This document shows, piece after piece, positions 1 to 12,114 of a DNA stretch of 64,000 nt. The stretch spans positions 372,001-436,000 of the forward strand of contig NC_043002.1 of the NCBI RefSeq assembly GCF_006345805.1, read 5' to 3'. The notes under the pieces were generated by a model. That model did no database searches and had not been told where the DNA came from. It was given only the letters and a program-made list of their open reading frames with translations. Each line of letters begins with the position of its first letter. Within the stretch, counting starts at the first letter, position 1. A program made the position numbers and the translations under genes. This stretch comes from Octopus sinensis (Eukaryota).

Positions 1-775
1 AGGAAGTTCTGAAAGTGTAGTTGCTAGGATAAGAACAGGCTGGGAAAAGTTCAGAGAGTGTCTACCTTTGTTGTGTAACTAAGGGCCTCTCCCTCAGAAT
101 GTAAGGCAGATTGTATGATGTCTGTGTATGTACAACTATGTTACATGGCAGTGAAACATGGGCTTTGACTACAGAGGTCTTGTGACGCTCCACTGGATGG
201 ATAATATTATTGTGTTGACACAACAGTGTAAATGATTTAAGAGGAAAACTGGGTATATGAGGCATCAGATATAGTATGCAAGAAAGAAGACTGCTGGTTT
301 GGTCATATGATACATATAGACGAAGACAGCTGAGTAAAGAAGTGCTGAGCTCTAATTGTGGAGGGTACTTGTGGGAAATCCAGGAAGACATAGGACAAAG
401 TGGCGAGAAAGGATCTTAAGATTCTGGGCCTCACTGAGGAAATGACAAGGGACCTGGAGATGTAATGATTCACTGTACTAGATATGTTAAGCTAAGTAAA
501 ATTGCTGTCTTCTGCACATACAGGCTCATTCTTTCAAATGCCAATGTTGCATTAATGCACTTGTACCAGTGCTGCATAAGGACACCTGTGTCAGTGGTAT
601 GTAAGAAGCACCCAGCACACTCTGTTAAGTGGTTGGCATTAGGAAGGGCATTCAGCTGTAGAAACCGTGCCCCAACAGATAATCAGAGTCTGGACAGCTT
701 TGCTAGCCAGCTCCATGTCAAACTGTCCAACCCATGCCAACATGGAAAGCAGATGTTAAACGATGATGATGATGA
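1..775 (+). mobile_element. Degenerate RTE-clade LINE 3' end with (GAT)n tail
   Basis: Decayed GSETW and WYGH-type ORF2 C-terminus, followed by the shared tail aagcacc...ttaggaagggcat...gttaaacgatgatgat. Confidence 0.75.
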
Positions 776-794
776 TATATATATATTTATATAA

Positions 795-2449
795 TTCAGA
801 TTGCTGAACCAGGTGATGAAAATTAAAGAGAGGGTCATAGTTCAACTAATTCGGAAGAGAGTCTGAATGAGCTGCAGTTTGACTTTGTACCAGGGAAAAG
901 CACTACTGACGTTATCTTCCTGGTAAGGCAACTGCAAGAGAAGCACATTTAGCCAAGAATAAACCTCTGCACTTGGCTTTCATTGACATCTGGTATTCAA
1001 TGCAGAAGCTAGGGATAGAAGAGTAGTTGACAAGAGGTGTACAAGCCATGTACAGGAACATTGTCAGTAAGACAAAAGTTGACAATGAGGATAGCAATGA
1101 ATTTAGTGTGTAGTTAACCAAGGATTGGTTCTCAGCTCCTTGTTAATCATAGACAGGCCATAACAATGGAATTTAAGACTGGCTGCCCTTTTAAGCTACT
1201 CTACACTGATGACCTTGATCTTATAACTGAATCTCTACTAGTGTTAGAGAGGAAATTTCAGGTTTAGGAGCAATATCTGGAATCAAAGGGCTGTAGAGTT
1301 AATTTAGCAAAGACCAAAGTCCTAGTAAGTTGAAAAAAAGACAAATCACAAATAACCTTTATGGAGATGCCCCTACTTCGTAAGTAGAAAGGTGTTGGTA
1401 AAAACTCTACAGGGTGTATCCAGTGCAAGCTATGGACACAAGAGGTGCAGTGGTCTCATAGGAAGGTTAAGAGAGAAAGTAGTCTTTGTGTGTGTACAGT
1501 AACCACTAAGAATGTACAGGGAATAGATATATTGAAATGTCTGGTGGATCCTTAGGAGTAGTAGATAGCTTCTGTTAGCAGTAGAACAAGAAGTTCTGAA
1601 AGCATAGTTACTAGAACAAGAACAGACTGAGCAGAATTGAGAGAAAATTCTGTTTGTTGGTAGTAAAGGGGAGTGAAAGACAGATTGTAAGAGATCTCTC
1701 TGTACATACAGCTATGCTACGTGGCAGTAAAACGTGAACTATGACTACGGAGAGGATCTGTGAAGGATTGAAAGAAATGAAGCCAGATGGGCTTCTACTG
1801 GATGGGTAATATCAGTGTGCAAGTACAACAGAGTGTAAATAATTTGAGAGAAAAAATCAGGTGTAAGAGGCATCAAATGCTGTGTGCAAGAGAAGACTGT
1901 GCTAGTGTGGCCATGTGATGTGTATGAATGATAGCTGCATAAAGAAGTACCAATCTTTAATTGTGGAAGGAACCTCTGGAAGGGGTTGACCTAGGAAGAC
2001 ATGGAATAAAGTAGTGAGAAAGGATCTTCAGATGTTGAGCCTCATAGAGATGACAAGGGGGTGAGAGGTTCTGGCAATTTGCTCTGCTTGAGAAGACATG
2101 TCCTGCTAAGTAAAATTGTGGTCATCCATATATACAGGTATACTTTTAAGGTCATTTTCCACCTCCCTCTCTCAGCCAAGAGGTCCTTGGCTTGCAAGTG
2201 CCACATAAAAAGTACCTGTCTCAGTGCCACACGAAAAGGCACCCATGCCAGTGTCACGTAGAAAGTACTCTTGCCACTGCCACGAATAAAGCACCACTGC
2301 CAGTGCTATGTAAGAAGCATCCAGTGGAGCACTCTGTGAAGCGGTTGGTGTTAGGAAGGGCGTTCAGTGGTGGAAACAGACAATTGGGGCTTGGGCAGCT
2401 CCTGTCAAACTGTCCAACTAATGGAAAACAGATGTTCAATGATGATGAT
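795..2449 (+). mobile_element. Degenerate RTE LINE (RT remnant to (GAT)n tail)
   Basis: Collinear with the better-preserved copies at 12115-14439 and 54020-55833. Confidence 0.7.
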
Positions 2450-2480
2450 TATTGTTGTTCTCTCTCTGTCCTTATTTCAG

Positions 2481-2675
2481 AAAGAAAATCTCTTCGTCAA
2501 TCAACTGCAGAAAAGTCCCAGGCAACTGCCCGTCGAGAAAAGGAACGGGAAGTCCGTGTTAAGATGATGAAAGAAATAGCAGCCAAAAGAAATGTAACCG
2601 AGGTGCGACGTCTGACACAGTCAGAGTTGCTGGAGGAGGCGAAGCTGACTGAAGAATATAATATCAAGTCCTTAG
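2481..2675 (+). CDS. VPS72: VPS72/YL1 (H2A.Z chaperone, SRCAP/TIP60 subunit), internal coding exon; upstream exons lie outside the window
   Basis: Acceptor tttcAG at 2479-80 and donor GTaatg at 2676. Encodes RKSLRQSTAEKS...RRLTQSELLEEAKLTEEYNIKSL, matching the conserved YL1 LTQEELL.EAK.TEE.N..SL motif. Phase 1 at both ends. Confidence 0.93.
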
Positions 2676-3624
2676 GTAATGAAATTCTTTCACCCACAAA
2701 GGTAGAATGGTCACATCTTGCATTAAATGACATATTTTCTGTACATTATGTTCTTGGTGTAGAATAAAATCTTTTGTGGGTGATACTCTGCTACCCCATT
2801 TATATTCTGATCACTGTACCTTGAGGGTATACCCTGGCACTTCACCACCATCTATCTCACACTTTCTCCCTCTGACTGGGTAACCATGTATCTCCTCTAC
2901 AGCAACACATCTGTTTCTATCCCTTGGTCACACTAACCTCTCATCGCCTGGCACAAGACCACTCCTCCAATGCCCCCAAACACACGCACGCAAAAGATCT
3001 TTGTCTTGGTGAACCCCCCACCACCACCACCACCAATGTGCTAGTGCATCCAGTCCACAATGTAAAGTGGTTGGTGTTAGGAAGGGCATCTAGTCATAAA
3101 AAAAGGCAGTCCTTGTCAAACCTTCCAATTGATGCCAACGTGCAAAATGGGATGTTAAATGGCAGCAATGATGATAACAACACCAATGCCTCTTCTGTTC
3201 ATGTGTTTTGTCTGTTACGCATGGATATTTATGTTGATATCAGACTTGAGTATTTCATGGCAGAAGTCATTTTAATTCAGTTTGTGTTCTATTCTCTCTC
3301 CTCCAACATGCAATTTACACTCGAGCATTGCAAGGTCATTTCTGAATTCTTATATTTCCGTGACTGTTTATTAAATTTCCAAGCTTAGTATCATTCTTAC
3401 TTGAAATGAAATTGTACTTGGTATCATATTTTCTAATGATATTTGCATATTTTGTCATATTTATATACTAAGTATATCATTATTTTTAATGTGTACAAGA
3501 CTTGATATTTTATTTTTATTATTTGAATGTAAATTTTCGTGGTTTAAAATCCCTTTTTCTAGGGCTTGCTATAAATAAACCAAAGATGATGACTTGGAAT
3601 AGATTTATTTTCTTTCTCTTGTAG

Positions 3625-3790
3625 AAACATACCAAAGACTGGAATCTGAGAAGAAAAAGTGTCGAGTTCAAAAGACTACTTACAAAGGAGCTTTGGTTCG
3701 CTACCAGTCTGTGACTATGCCTTTGATTGAAGAATTGCCTCAGTCGTTACACAATAATGAACCAGAAATTAACGTAGAAGATGTCTCAGG
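3625..3790 (+). CDS. VPS72: VPS72 penultimate coding exon
   Basis: Acceptor cttgtAG at 3623-24 and donor GTatga at 3791. Encodes ETYQRLESEKKK...VRYQSVTMPLIEE (cf. human ETYERLEADKKK...ITYHSVTVPL). Phase 1 in and phase 2 out, consistent with both neighbouring exons. Confidence 0.92.
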
Positions 3791-3969
3791 GTATGAAGGT
3801 TTTTGTAGCTTTATTGGTGGATGGTTTAAAGAGAAATCACTGTATAACTGTCGACATAAAATAATAAAGATGATATGTAATGGTAATAAGTGAGATTACA
3901 ACAGAAATGGAAGTTATTCATGGGATGATTTTTACATGGATAGTGTCTCTACTATTAATTAAATATGAA

Positions 3970-4157
3970 GCAGGTGGCACGTAAAAAGCACCCACTACAC
4001 TCACGGAGTGGTTGGCGTTAGGAAGGGCATCCAGCTGTAGAAACACTGCCAGATCAAACTGGAGCCTGGTGCAGCCTCCTGGCTTCCCAGACCCCAGTTG
4101 AACTGTCCAACCCATGCTAGCATGGAAAGCAGACGCTAAACGATGATGATGATGATG
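3970..4157 (+). mobile_element. RTE 3'-tail repeat (5'-truncated LINE or tail-sharing SINE)
   Basis: ggtggcacgtaaaaagcacccactacactc...cgctaaacgatgatgat. A weaker copy lies at about 3040-3180. Confidence 0.8.
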
Positions 4158-5125
4158 AAGCATGTGGGGGGGGGCAGTTTATTCATTCAATCAGGCAAAC
4201 AGGATCAAAAAGGGGAGATAGAAGTTATTCAAGAATTAGTAGAGTAGAAATTAGAATGAAGAAAAGGTTAGATAAATAAGACTTAAAAGAAATTTGGAAT
4301 TGATATGAGGAAGGCTGAAAAGAAAAAATGAAGACAACTAGAGAGAAGCTTTGTTAAAAGCACAACTGAGCCATCTGCACTTCAAGAGTTCTTGTAGCTG
4401 AGTTTGTGTTAAATAAACTGCATGCAACTTGATACACCAGCAATACTTCAGAAGACCAAAAACCCAGACACATTGGAAGATAATCGGTCGTAAATACACT
4501 TGGTTGGTCATGGCTGGAACAGTTTTCATCATAGGTTTCCTTGACTAGACCAGAGCTGAGATTAAACAACAGCAATGTCCTATTGTATAATACAATCCAT
4601 CACAGTAACTTCCACATAATTGCTCAAGCTGCTAGAAATAATAGCCAACCACTTCTCAGATCATATCATACTGTCCCCAAAAAAAGAAATCTTAGATAAT
4701 ATGGTAAAGGTTCACTAAGTTTTAGAGAAAATGACAGGATTTGATATGCTACTCAACAATGGTCTCACAAATTCTAAAGAATCAAAACTACAGCATCTCA
4801 CAGTCAAATAAATGACGTGCATTTGACTTTCAGTGTTTCTATCATCATCAAATTAGAGAAATGTGTTGTGATTTTCAATGTGACCCTTTATTCTAGCATG
4901 TTGCATAATTTGAAAGCCATTTAGCTTCTCTACTAAGTTGGTGGTGGATCATTTAAGGCAGTTGGAAAAGAGTTCAATGCTAGTTTGGATAGGTGAAGTG
5001 ATTAGAATTCTCTGGCAGTTACCTCGTTGGCTTTGCAAAGTTCTATTTGATGATGTTGATAGCCATTCCATTGAATGAAAATCTACAGAATATCATTGCC
5101 TTTTTTTCTTTTCTTTTTTGAACAG

Positions 5126-5485
5126 TGTTGATTCCATATTATTGAAAACTGAAACGAAAGGTGAAAATGACGACCCTTCCAAATCGCCAGAGAAGAGCAA
5201 ACATTCAAAGCAAGTATCTGGTCCAAAGTGTTCTCGGACTTTCATTACGTTTACAGATGATAAAACATTTCGGGAATATTTTCCACAAACACGAGCTAAA
5301 CCAGCATCCGCATCATCTAGAACTCTGTGTCCCGTCACACGACAACCAGCCAGATACTTTGATCCTATCACACAGACACCCTATGCAACAACAGCAGCTT
5401 TCAAGGTACTGAGGGAAGCACTTGTCATCCAACAAGAACAGCCTGTTGAGCTGAAGCGCAAGTCTCGAAGTAGCAACCAACAGAA

Positions 5486-5518
<33 letters not shown>

Positions 5519-5564
5519 TATGGCTCACAACACAACCACACTTTTAGCATCAGCAACTAGTTAG
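5126..5564 (+). CDS. VPS72: VPS72 last coding exon with YL1_C domain
   Basis: Acceptor gaacAG at 5124-25 after a long T-tract. Encodes CSRTFITF and CPVTRQPARYFDPITQTPYATTAAFKVLRE (YL1_C). Stop TAG at 5562-5564. Confidence 0.93.
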
Positions 5565-5686
5565 AAATTCTACACAGACAATTGTTAATGTGATCTGTGA
5601 TGGAAGGGGATTCTCTCATACAAACATACAAGAATGAATTAGACACTTCCTTCAGTGTCTTTCCAGAACTCTTACAATTTTTTACA

Positions 5687-5692
5687 AATAAA
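5687..5692 (+). terminator. Probable VPS72 polyadenylation signal
   Basis: AATAAA about 120 nt after the stop, followed by a GT/T-rich stretch (gtgtttttgtg). Confidence 0.55.
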
Positions 5693-5740
5693 CATTGAAA
5701 AGCAGTGTTTTTGTGAATGAGCTTCTGTTTGTGTATTTAA

Positions 5741-5900
5741 GTGCAGGCATGGCTGTGTGCTAAGATTTCTCCCCAACCACATGGTTTCAGATTCACTCTT
5801 TCTGCATGGTGCCTTGGGCAAGTGTCTTCTACAGCCCCGGGTCGAACAAAGCTTTAGAAATGGATTTAGAAACTGAAAGAAGCCTGTTGTATTTGTATAT
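5741..5900 (+). mobile_element. tRNA-derived CORE-type SINE (octopus OR-like)
   Basis: A-box-like tggctgtgtg, decayed B box, then the CORE-like ccttgggcaagtgtctt. Confidence 0.7.
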
Positions 5901-5910
5901 ATATATAAAG

Positions 5911-7140
5911 TCATCATCATCATCATTTAACATCTGTTTTCCATGCTGGTATGGGTTGGATGGTTTTGACAGAAGCTGAAGGGCTGTTCAGGCTCCATGT
6001 CTGTTGTGGCACGGTTTCTATGGTCAGATGCTCTTCCTGGTCGCAACCACTTTACAGAGTGTAATGAGTGCTTTAATGCAACACTAGTACGGTGGTGCTT
6101 TTTACATGGTGCCTGCAAGATTAAGAATGCTCAGCTGGAGAGGGCAGCAAAAGATGAGCCTGTATGCAAGGACAACCATGCTTTTACATAGCTTGACATG
6201 TCTTTTTAAGCACAGCAACCTGCCAGGAGTGTCAGTCCCCTGTCATCCCCTCTGTGAGTCCCAAAACTTGTAGATCCTTTCTCAACACTTCGTGCTATGT
6301 CTTTCTAGGTCTACTTCTACAATTAGAGATCAGCACCTCTTGATGCAATTGTCCTCATTCATACACATGACCATACCAGCACAGCTTACATATGATGCTA
6401 TGTATACCCATTTTTTTTTTATCAGATCACTTACACTCTGTTGTATATGCACACTGACACTACCCAGCCAGTGAAGCATTCTGGCTTCATTTCTTTCAAG
6501 TCTTTGCATATTCCCAGTAAGTAATCACAGCCATGTAACGTAACTGTCTGTACACAGGCATCGTACAATCTACCTTTCACTCAGAGAGAGGCCTTTCATT
6601 ACTAACAGAGGTATTAACTCTCTGAACTTCACCCAGCCTATTCTTATTCTAGCAGCTTTGCTTTCAGAACAACCACTTCTGCTACTAACTTGGTTACCTA
6701 AGTAACAGAAGCTGTCTACTACTTCTAGGGATCCTCTCAGGCATACGAGAGAGTCTATTTTTGGTACATTTCTGGTGTTTAATGTACCTGTACATCTGCC
6801 AGTCCAGTGATACTGCTGCATCTCTTCTATGTCCATAGCTTGCACTGGGTACACCTTATGGAGTTTCTCCCAACATCTTGTCATCAAGCAGGGTCATCTC
6901 CTTGAAGGTACCTGCAATTTGTCTGTTTTCCTACTTATCAATACTTTGGTCTTTGCTACTCTTGGACTCTTTGATTTCAGATCTTGCTTCCATACCTGAA
7001 ATTTCTTCTCTTGTCCTGATTGTGATTCAGCAATAAGAACAAGGTCATCAGCATAGAAGAACTCTCGGGCACAGCCAGTTTTATAGCCCTGAGTTACAGC
7101 TTGGAGGCCCATGATAAATAAAAGGGGGCAGAGAGTCTGG
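5911..7140 (-). mobile_element. Degenerate RTE LINE 3' part
   Basis: (CAT)n tail at 5911. ORF-track remnants ELFYADDLVLIAE and LEVVDSFCYLG...WVKFRELIPLL. Confidence 0.8.
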
Positions 7141-7280
7141 GTATGTTCCAGAGGTGCTCAATACAGAAAACATGTTGTAGAGCTCAAATGTGAACTGATA
7201 TGAGATAATGATGCAAATAAACACACTTGGGCTTGATATATATGCATATACATGTAAATATATATATATATATATATTTG

Positions 7281-7849
7281 TCTGGCCCCGTGTCGGTGGC
7301 ACGTAAAAGCACCATCCATTCGTGTTCGTTGCCAGCCTCGCCTGGCCCCGTGCCGGTGACACGTAAAAGCACCGTCCGCTCGTGGCCGTTTGCCAGCTCT
7401 GTCTGGCAACCGTGTTGGTGGCACGTAAAAGCACCATCCGTTCGCGTCCGTTGCCAGCCTCGGCTGGCCCCCGTGCCGGTGACACGTAAAAGCACCGTCC
7501 GTTCGTGGCCGGTTGCCAGCTCTGTCTGGCCCCGTGTCGGTGGCACGTAAAAGCACCATCCGTTCGTGTCCGTTGCCAGCATCGCCTGGCCCCGTGCCGG
7601 TGACACGTAAAAGCACCATCCGTTCGTTGCCGTTCGCCAGCTCTGTCTGGCACCTGTGCAGGTGGCACGGAAAAAACACCCACTACACTCGCGGAGTGGT
7701 TGGCGTTAGGAAGGGCATCCAGCCGTAGAAACACTGCCAGATCTGACTGGGCCTGACGAAGCCTTCCAGCTTCACAGACCCCAGTTGACCCGTCCAACCC
7801 ATGCTAGCATGGAAAGCGGACGCTAAACGATGATGATGATGATGATGAT
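7281..7849 (+). repeat. RTE tail copy with six about 61-bp hairpin units (A/B alternating) plus terminal tail
   Basis: Units start near 7281, 7343, 7404, 7465, 7527 and 7587, each with GGTG(G/A)CACGTAAAAGCACC. The standard tail runs 7648-7849. Confidence 0.85.
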
Positions 7850-8249
7850 TTAGAGAGAGAGAATTAAAAACTGAAAATATTCAAAAGACGAGCCTTCATG
7901 TATAAGCATATAGATATATATTTACAGAACAGATTTACAAAACACAGAAAACTAAGTGGAGCGGGCATGGTATTTCAGGTCCGACAGCTGTTTCTGGAAG
8001 CTCAGAAATATTATGTAATGTTGGCATCTCCCAATATTAATTGCAAGCCCCAGAAACAGCTGTCAGGCCTGAAATACGATGCCCGCTCCACTTACTTTTC
8101 TGTATGTTTTGTACTGCACGTGAGCCTATTCTGTAAATACATAAATATCATCATCATCATCATCATATGCTTATGCACGAATGTTGATCTTTTGAATATT
8201 TTCATCTTTTGTTTTTTGTATATATTATATATATGGCATGTAAAACCCA

Positions 8250-8390
8250 CTCTTGGAGTGGTTGGCATTAGCAAGAGCATCCAGCTGTAGAAACCATGCC
8301 AAATCAGGCTGGAACTGGCTTACCAGCTCCAGTTAAACCGTCTAACCCATGCCAGCATGGAAAGCACACGTTAAATAATGATGATGATGA
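8250..8390 (+). mobile_element. RTE 3'-tail repeat
   Basis: ggagtggttggcattagcaagagcatccagctgtagaa...gttaaataatgatgatgat. Confidence 0.7.
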
Positions 8391-9004
8391 GGTTATATAT
8401 ATATATAGTTGTAATTTATGGTAAAATGAAGACAGGTGTATTAGTTTGATGCTCAGGAAAGTGAAAAAGTCTTTTGCATTTTGAGCTTACGCTCTTAAAC
8501 AGAAAGGAATAAGAGAGAATTAAAAAACTTGTGGATTTAGCAGTCAAGCATGGCATGTATATTTTCCATCATTATTTCTCTCTCTCTCTCTATATATATA
8601 TATATGTGTGTGTGTGTGTGAGCCTGTTACTATCTCCTTGCCTTGAGTTCATGTAATAGTGGTAAAGTGAGTATTACTATCATGCAAACGGTATTTGTTT
8701 CCAATCTTCGGGAGAAACATTATTTAATGGAAACAGGTGAAGGTTAGTCAAAAACCTGCCGCAACAAATTCTGTTCAATCCATGCAAGTCTGGAAACCAG
8801 ACATTAAAAGAATGATGGTGATATGTGTGTGTGTTTGTCTCATTCTCATGACATCCTGTGATAGTAGTAAAAGAGCATCACCATCATTTGTTTCTTGTTT
8901 TCTATGACATGACCAACCTAGAGCAAATACTATCTCACATGGAAACAGAAAGGGCGTATGGCTTTAGAAAATCTGTCTGACTCTTGCAAACAGAGAAAAA
9001 TGGA

Positions 9005-9222
9005 TATTCTTTTCTACTCTAGGCACAAGGCTCAAAATTTTGAGGGAGGGGGCCGGTCAATTACACCAACCCCAGTACGAAACTGGTACTTAATTTATAG
9101 ACCCTGAAAAGATGAAAGGCAAAGTCAACCTCAGCAGAATTTGAACTCAGAACATAAAGACGGATGAAATACCGCCAAGCATTTTGCCCAGTGTGCTAAC
9201 GTTTCAGCCAGCTCACCACCTT
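9005..9222 (-). mobile_element. tRNA-derived SINE with Meta-like central domain
   Basis: Minus strand has a tRNA-like head with B box gagttcaaattc, then gttgactttgcctttcatcttttcagggtctataaattaagtaccag. Confidence 0.6.
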
Positions 9223-9269
9223 ATAGAAAAATGGATATTAAAATGATGATGATGGTGAGATATATGTAA

Positions 9270-10078
9270 ATCATTTACTGAAAGCTGAGTTTGCATGAGT
9301 TGCCACTCAGAGTTTCTCATGGGAGGAGAGCCTGCCTAACATGGGCCCAACAGAAGAACTGACAATCCAAATCACTCAGTAGATAAAGCAGTTAAGGATA
9401 TGAAGACTGAGAAAGTCCCCTCGGTCTACTAGGAATCACTGCTGAGATGCTTAAAACATCAGGCAGATGACCTAGTTACCTGTATGGTTAATCATGTTGT
9501 CCATGAGGGAGTCATACCCAATGACTGGTGTAGCAGCACCATAGTCAACTGCTACAAAGGTACATGTGATGCCTTAGAAATCATTACAGAAGCATCAAAT
9601 TGCTGGACCAGGTGATGAAAGTTACAGAACTGGTCATAACTCAGTTAGGAAGAGAGCAGTTTGGTTTTGTGCCAGGAAAAAGTACTACTGATGCTATATT
9701 GCTGGTAAGGGCAACTGCAGGAGAAGTATTTAACCAAAAATAAACTTCTATTTGGCTCTTGTTGACATAGAGAAAGTCTTTGACAGGTGGAAGTTGGGGA
9801 TAGATGAGTGGTTAGTGAGAGCTGTAAAAATCATGTACAGGGATGCTGTCAGTAAGGTGGAAGTTGACAATGAGTTCAGCAAGGAAGTAGGAGTCCACCA
9901 GAGATCAGTTCTCAATCCCCTCTTGTTTATCCTAGTTCTCCAGGCTATAAGAGTGAGTTACTATATGCCAATGGCCATATTCTTACTGCTGAGTCACTAC
10001 CAGAACTAGAGAAGAAATTTTGAGCATGGAATCAAAAGGGCTTAGAGTTAATTTAGCAAAGACCAAAGTCCTAGCAGG
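9270..10078 (+). mobile_element. RTE LINE RT fragment
   Basis: QFGFVPGKSTTDAI, VDIEKVFDR and GVHQRSVLNPLLFILVL remnants. Confidence 0.75.
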
Positions 10079-10652
10079 TAAAAAAAAAAAATATATAGCA
10101 TGAAGTCAATCAAGCAATATTCATATACGTAATCACCATAAATACAAAAACATGTTCTATCTTCTGGGTATCGACATGCAGTATGAGCAAACTTTAGTGT
10201 AATATGTCAAACCTGCTTAACCCTAACTTATAACCACAAAGCTAGAAATTAAAAAAAAAACTATTTATACAACAAAGAAATTCCTCTCACAAAGGAGATG
10301 GTGATTCTTAGTAAACTAAACCTATACGTTGAGGCTGTTCCTCAATTTTACTATAAACAGAGAAATCGTTAAATTTGCCATGTTTGTATGTCTGCTTCAT
10401 AGGTTTACATTGTGATCCCTTTTGATATTGTGAGGAGTTTATAGCATGCCAATTAGAAGCACCAGGTCTGTGAAACTACTGGATTTGGCTACTTGCTTCT
10501 CTGGCATTGATCAAATGATGCGCACTTCTGATGAGAATCCCAATAAAGTTTGAAAATTGATCAAGATTGCACATTTTCCCAATCTATGAAAAAATAGATA
10601 ACCATGCCATGTTTGCCTGATATGCAAGTTTACACATACACACATGTATATA

Positions 10653-11520
10653 CAGGGTGTTCAAGCTAAATATGATGAGATTTTGTCTCCTTTTTTTCAA
10701 GAACAGCTTGATGGACAGCAAAAAGATGAATTTTGTAGTTGAGAAAAAGTTAGCTGACATGAAGGACTGGAAGCCATGTGAATCTCAAAATGCCTCCCTC
10801 ATGTCTGCTGCTCGATGCTCTGAGAACATTGTCAAGGGTGTAAAACGTGATATGGACAGCTGAAAGAAAAAACTCCAAAGCTAAGTCCATCAGGACAAGA
10901 TAAAGGAGATCCAAGGCCAGCAAATCTGGGCTTTGGTGAGAGAAAGTCACCACTATGAAGCTGGTGTTGGGGATAAATTCTGATGCCTAGGAGAACCCCT
11001 GTTGAGCCTAGAACAATCTGCTTTGTCATGAAAAGAACTTTTTCCAGGACCAATTGCACAACATCCACAATCCATGTAATGTCCCACGTAACTCGAAAAA
11101 TAAGTTCCCCAAAACTGTTTTGGTCTTCGGTTGTGTCTCCAACGAGGCTAACCTCATGTTGCTCCCAAATCTCTCAATAGAGCTTAAGGCACAGTTCACA
11201 CAGCTATGTTAAGCTGCTGGAAGGAGGCCATATATGTGGCAGCAGGATTTGGCTCCTTGCTATACCTCCACAAAGAGTTCCAAGTGGTTGTCAGAGAATT
11301 TCTACGACTTTACCAGCTCCAATTTCTGGTCTCCTAATTTTTTCCTCAATGGGTTACTATGGGTGAGGAGGTGTGGTTGAGAAAGACATTCTGCCTGAAA
11401 CCTCAACGCTGAGCTGCTGGCCAAGATCAAGGAGGTGTTCAAAGATCTTCTCTGGGACACAGTTAAGAATGCATTCACCAGGTTCCAGAGTTGTGCTAAG
11501 GGTGGCTACTTCGAGTAAAC
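10653..11520 (+). mobile_element. Degenerate Tc1/mariner-superfamily transposon
   Basis: TA|CAGGGTG left end. Decayed catalytic C-terminus (QDLAPCYTS...FWSPN...KGGYFE*). Right TIR not found. Confidence 0.6.
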
Positions 11521-11677
11521 TGTTATCTTCCAGTCATAATCTAGTTGATATCTTTTGGTTTTTTTTAAAAATACTATTACTTTTGGATAGGATATTGTGT
11601 TTTAAGGAAAAAAAAACAACTAGTTTTAAATCTCTGATTGAGATTTATGTAGAAACCGTACTGAATAGTAAAGTCTA

Positions 11678-12005
11678 TTTGCCAACATAGCATGGCTGTC
11701 CTGACTAGGACTATGTTACTACTTTTTAATCCGAGGAAAATATCTATTCCAGTTGGTTTATCAACACAGGATTTGTCCTGGGCATACTGTAAGCAAGGGG
11801 GATCACTGCTGGCTGGCTGCTGTGTCTAGCTAGGTGAGTGTCCAGCACTAAGGAAGGGGAATAATCCAGAAACCATTGGTGTGCTGTTACTACCAATAGC
11901 TTTAAGGGAGCAGATCATGTGATAAACCAGCTGGAAAAGATGTTTTCCTGGGGTTAAAAAGTAGCAACATAGTCCTAGTCAGGACAGCCATGCTATGTTG
12001 GCAAA
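11678..12005. mobile_element. MITE with about 85-bp terminal inverted repeats and TA flanks
   Basis: tttgccaacatagcatggctgtcctgactaggactatg... is mirrored by ...catagtcctagtcaggacagccatgctatgttggcaaa, with TA on both sides. Confidence 0.8.
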
Positions 12006-12114
12006 TAAATTTTACTATATTGTGTTTTGTTTTCTTTTTATTTAAACTGTCAAATCTAGCTTGGGCACCTTGTGTATACGTATACATGTATATGTAAATA
12101 TCTACCCTCCCTGT

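Noticed and set aside
7281-7680. Regularly spaced palindromic repeats resembling a CRISPR array
   Set aside because: The intervening sequences are themselves repeated (A/B alternation), there are no cas genes, the context is eukaryotic, and the unit is part of the RTE 3' UTR.
7081-7797. Long ORFs (238, 173, 140 aa) with repeated peptides
   Set aside because: They are by-products of the GC-rich tandem array; they are open in several frames and have no splice or homology support.
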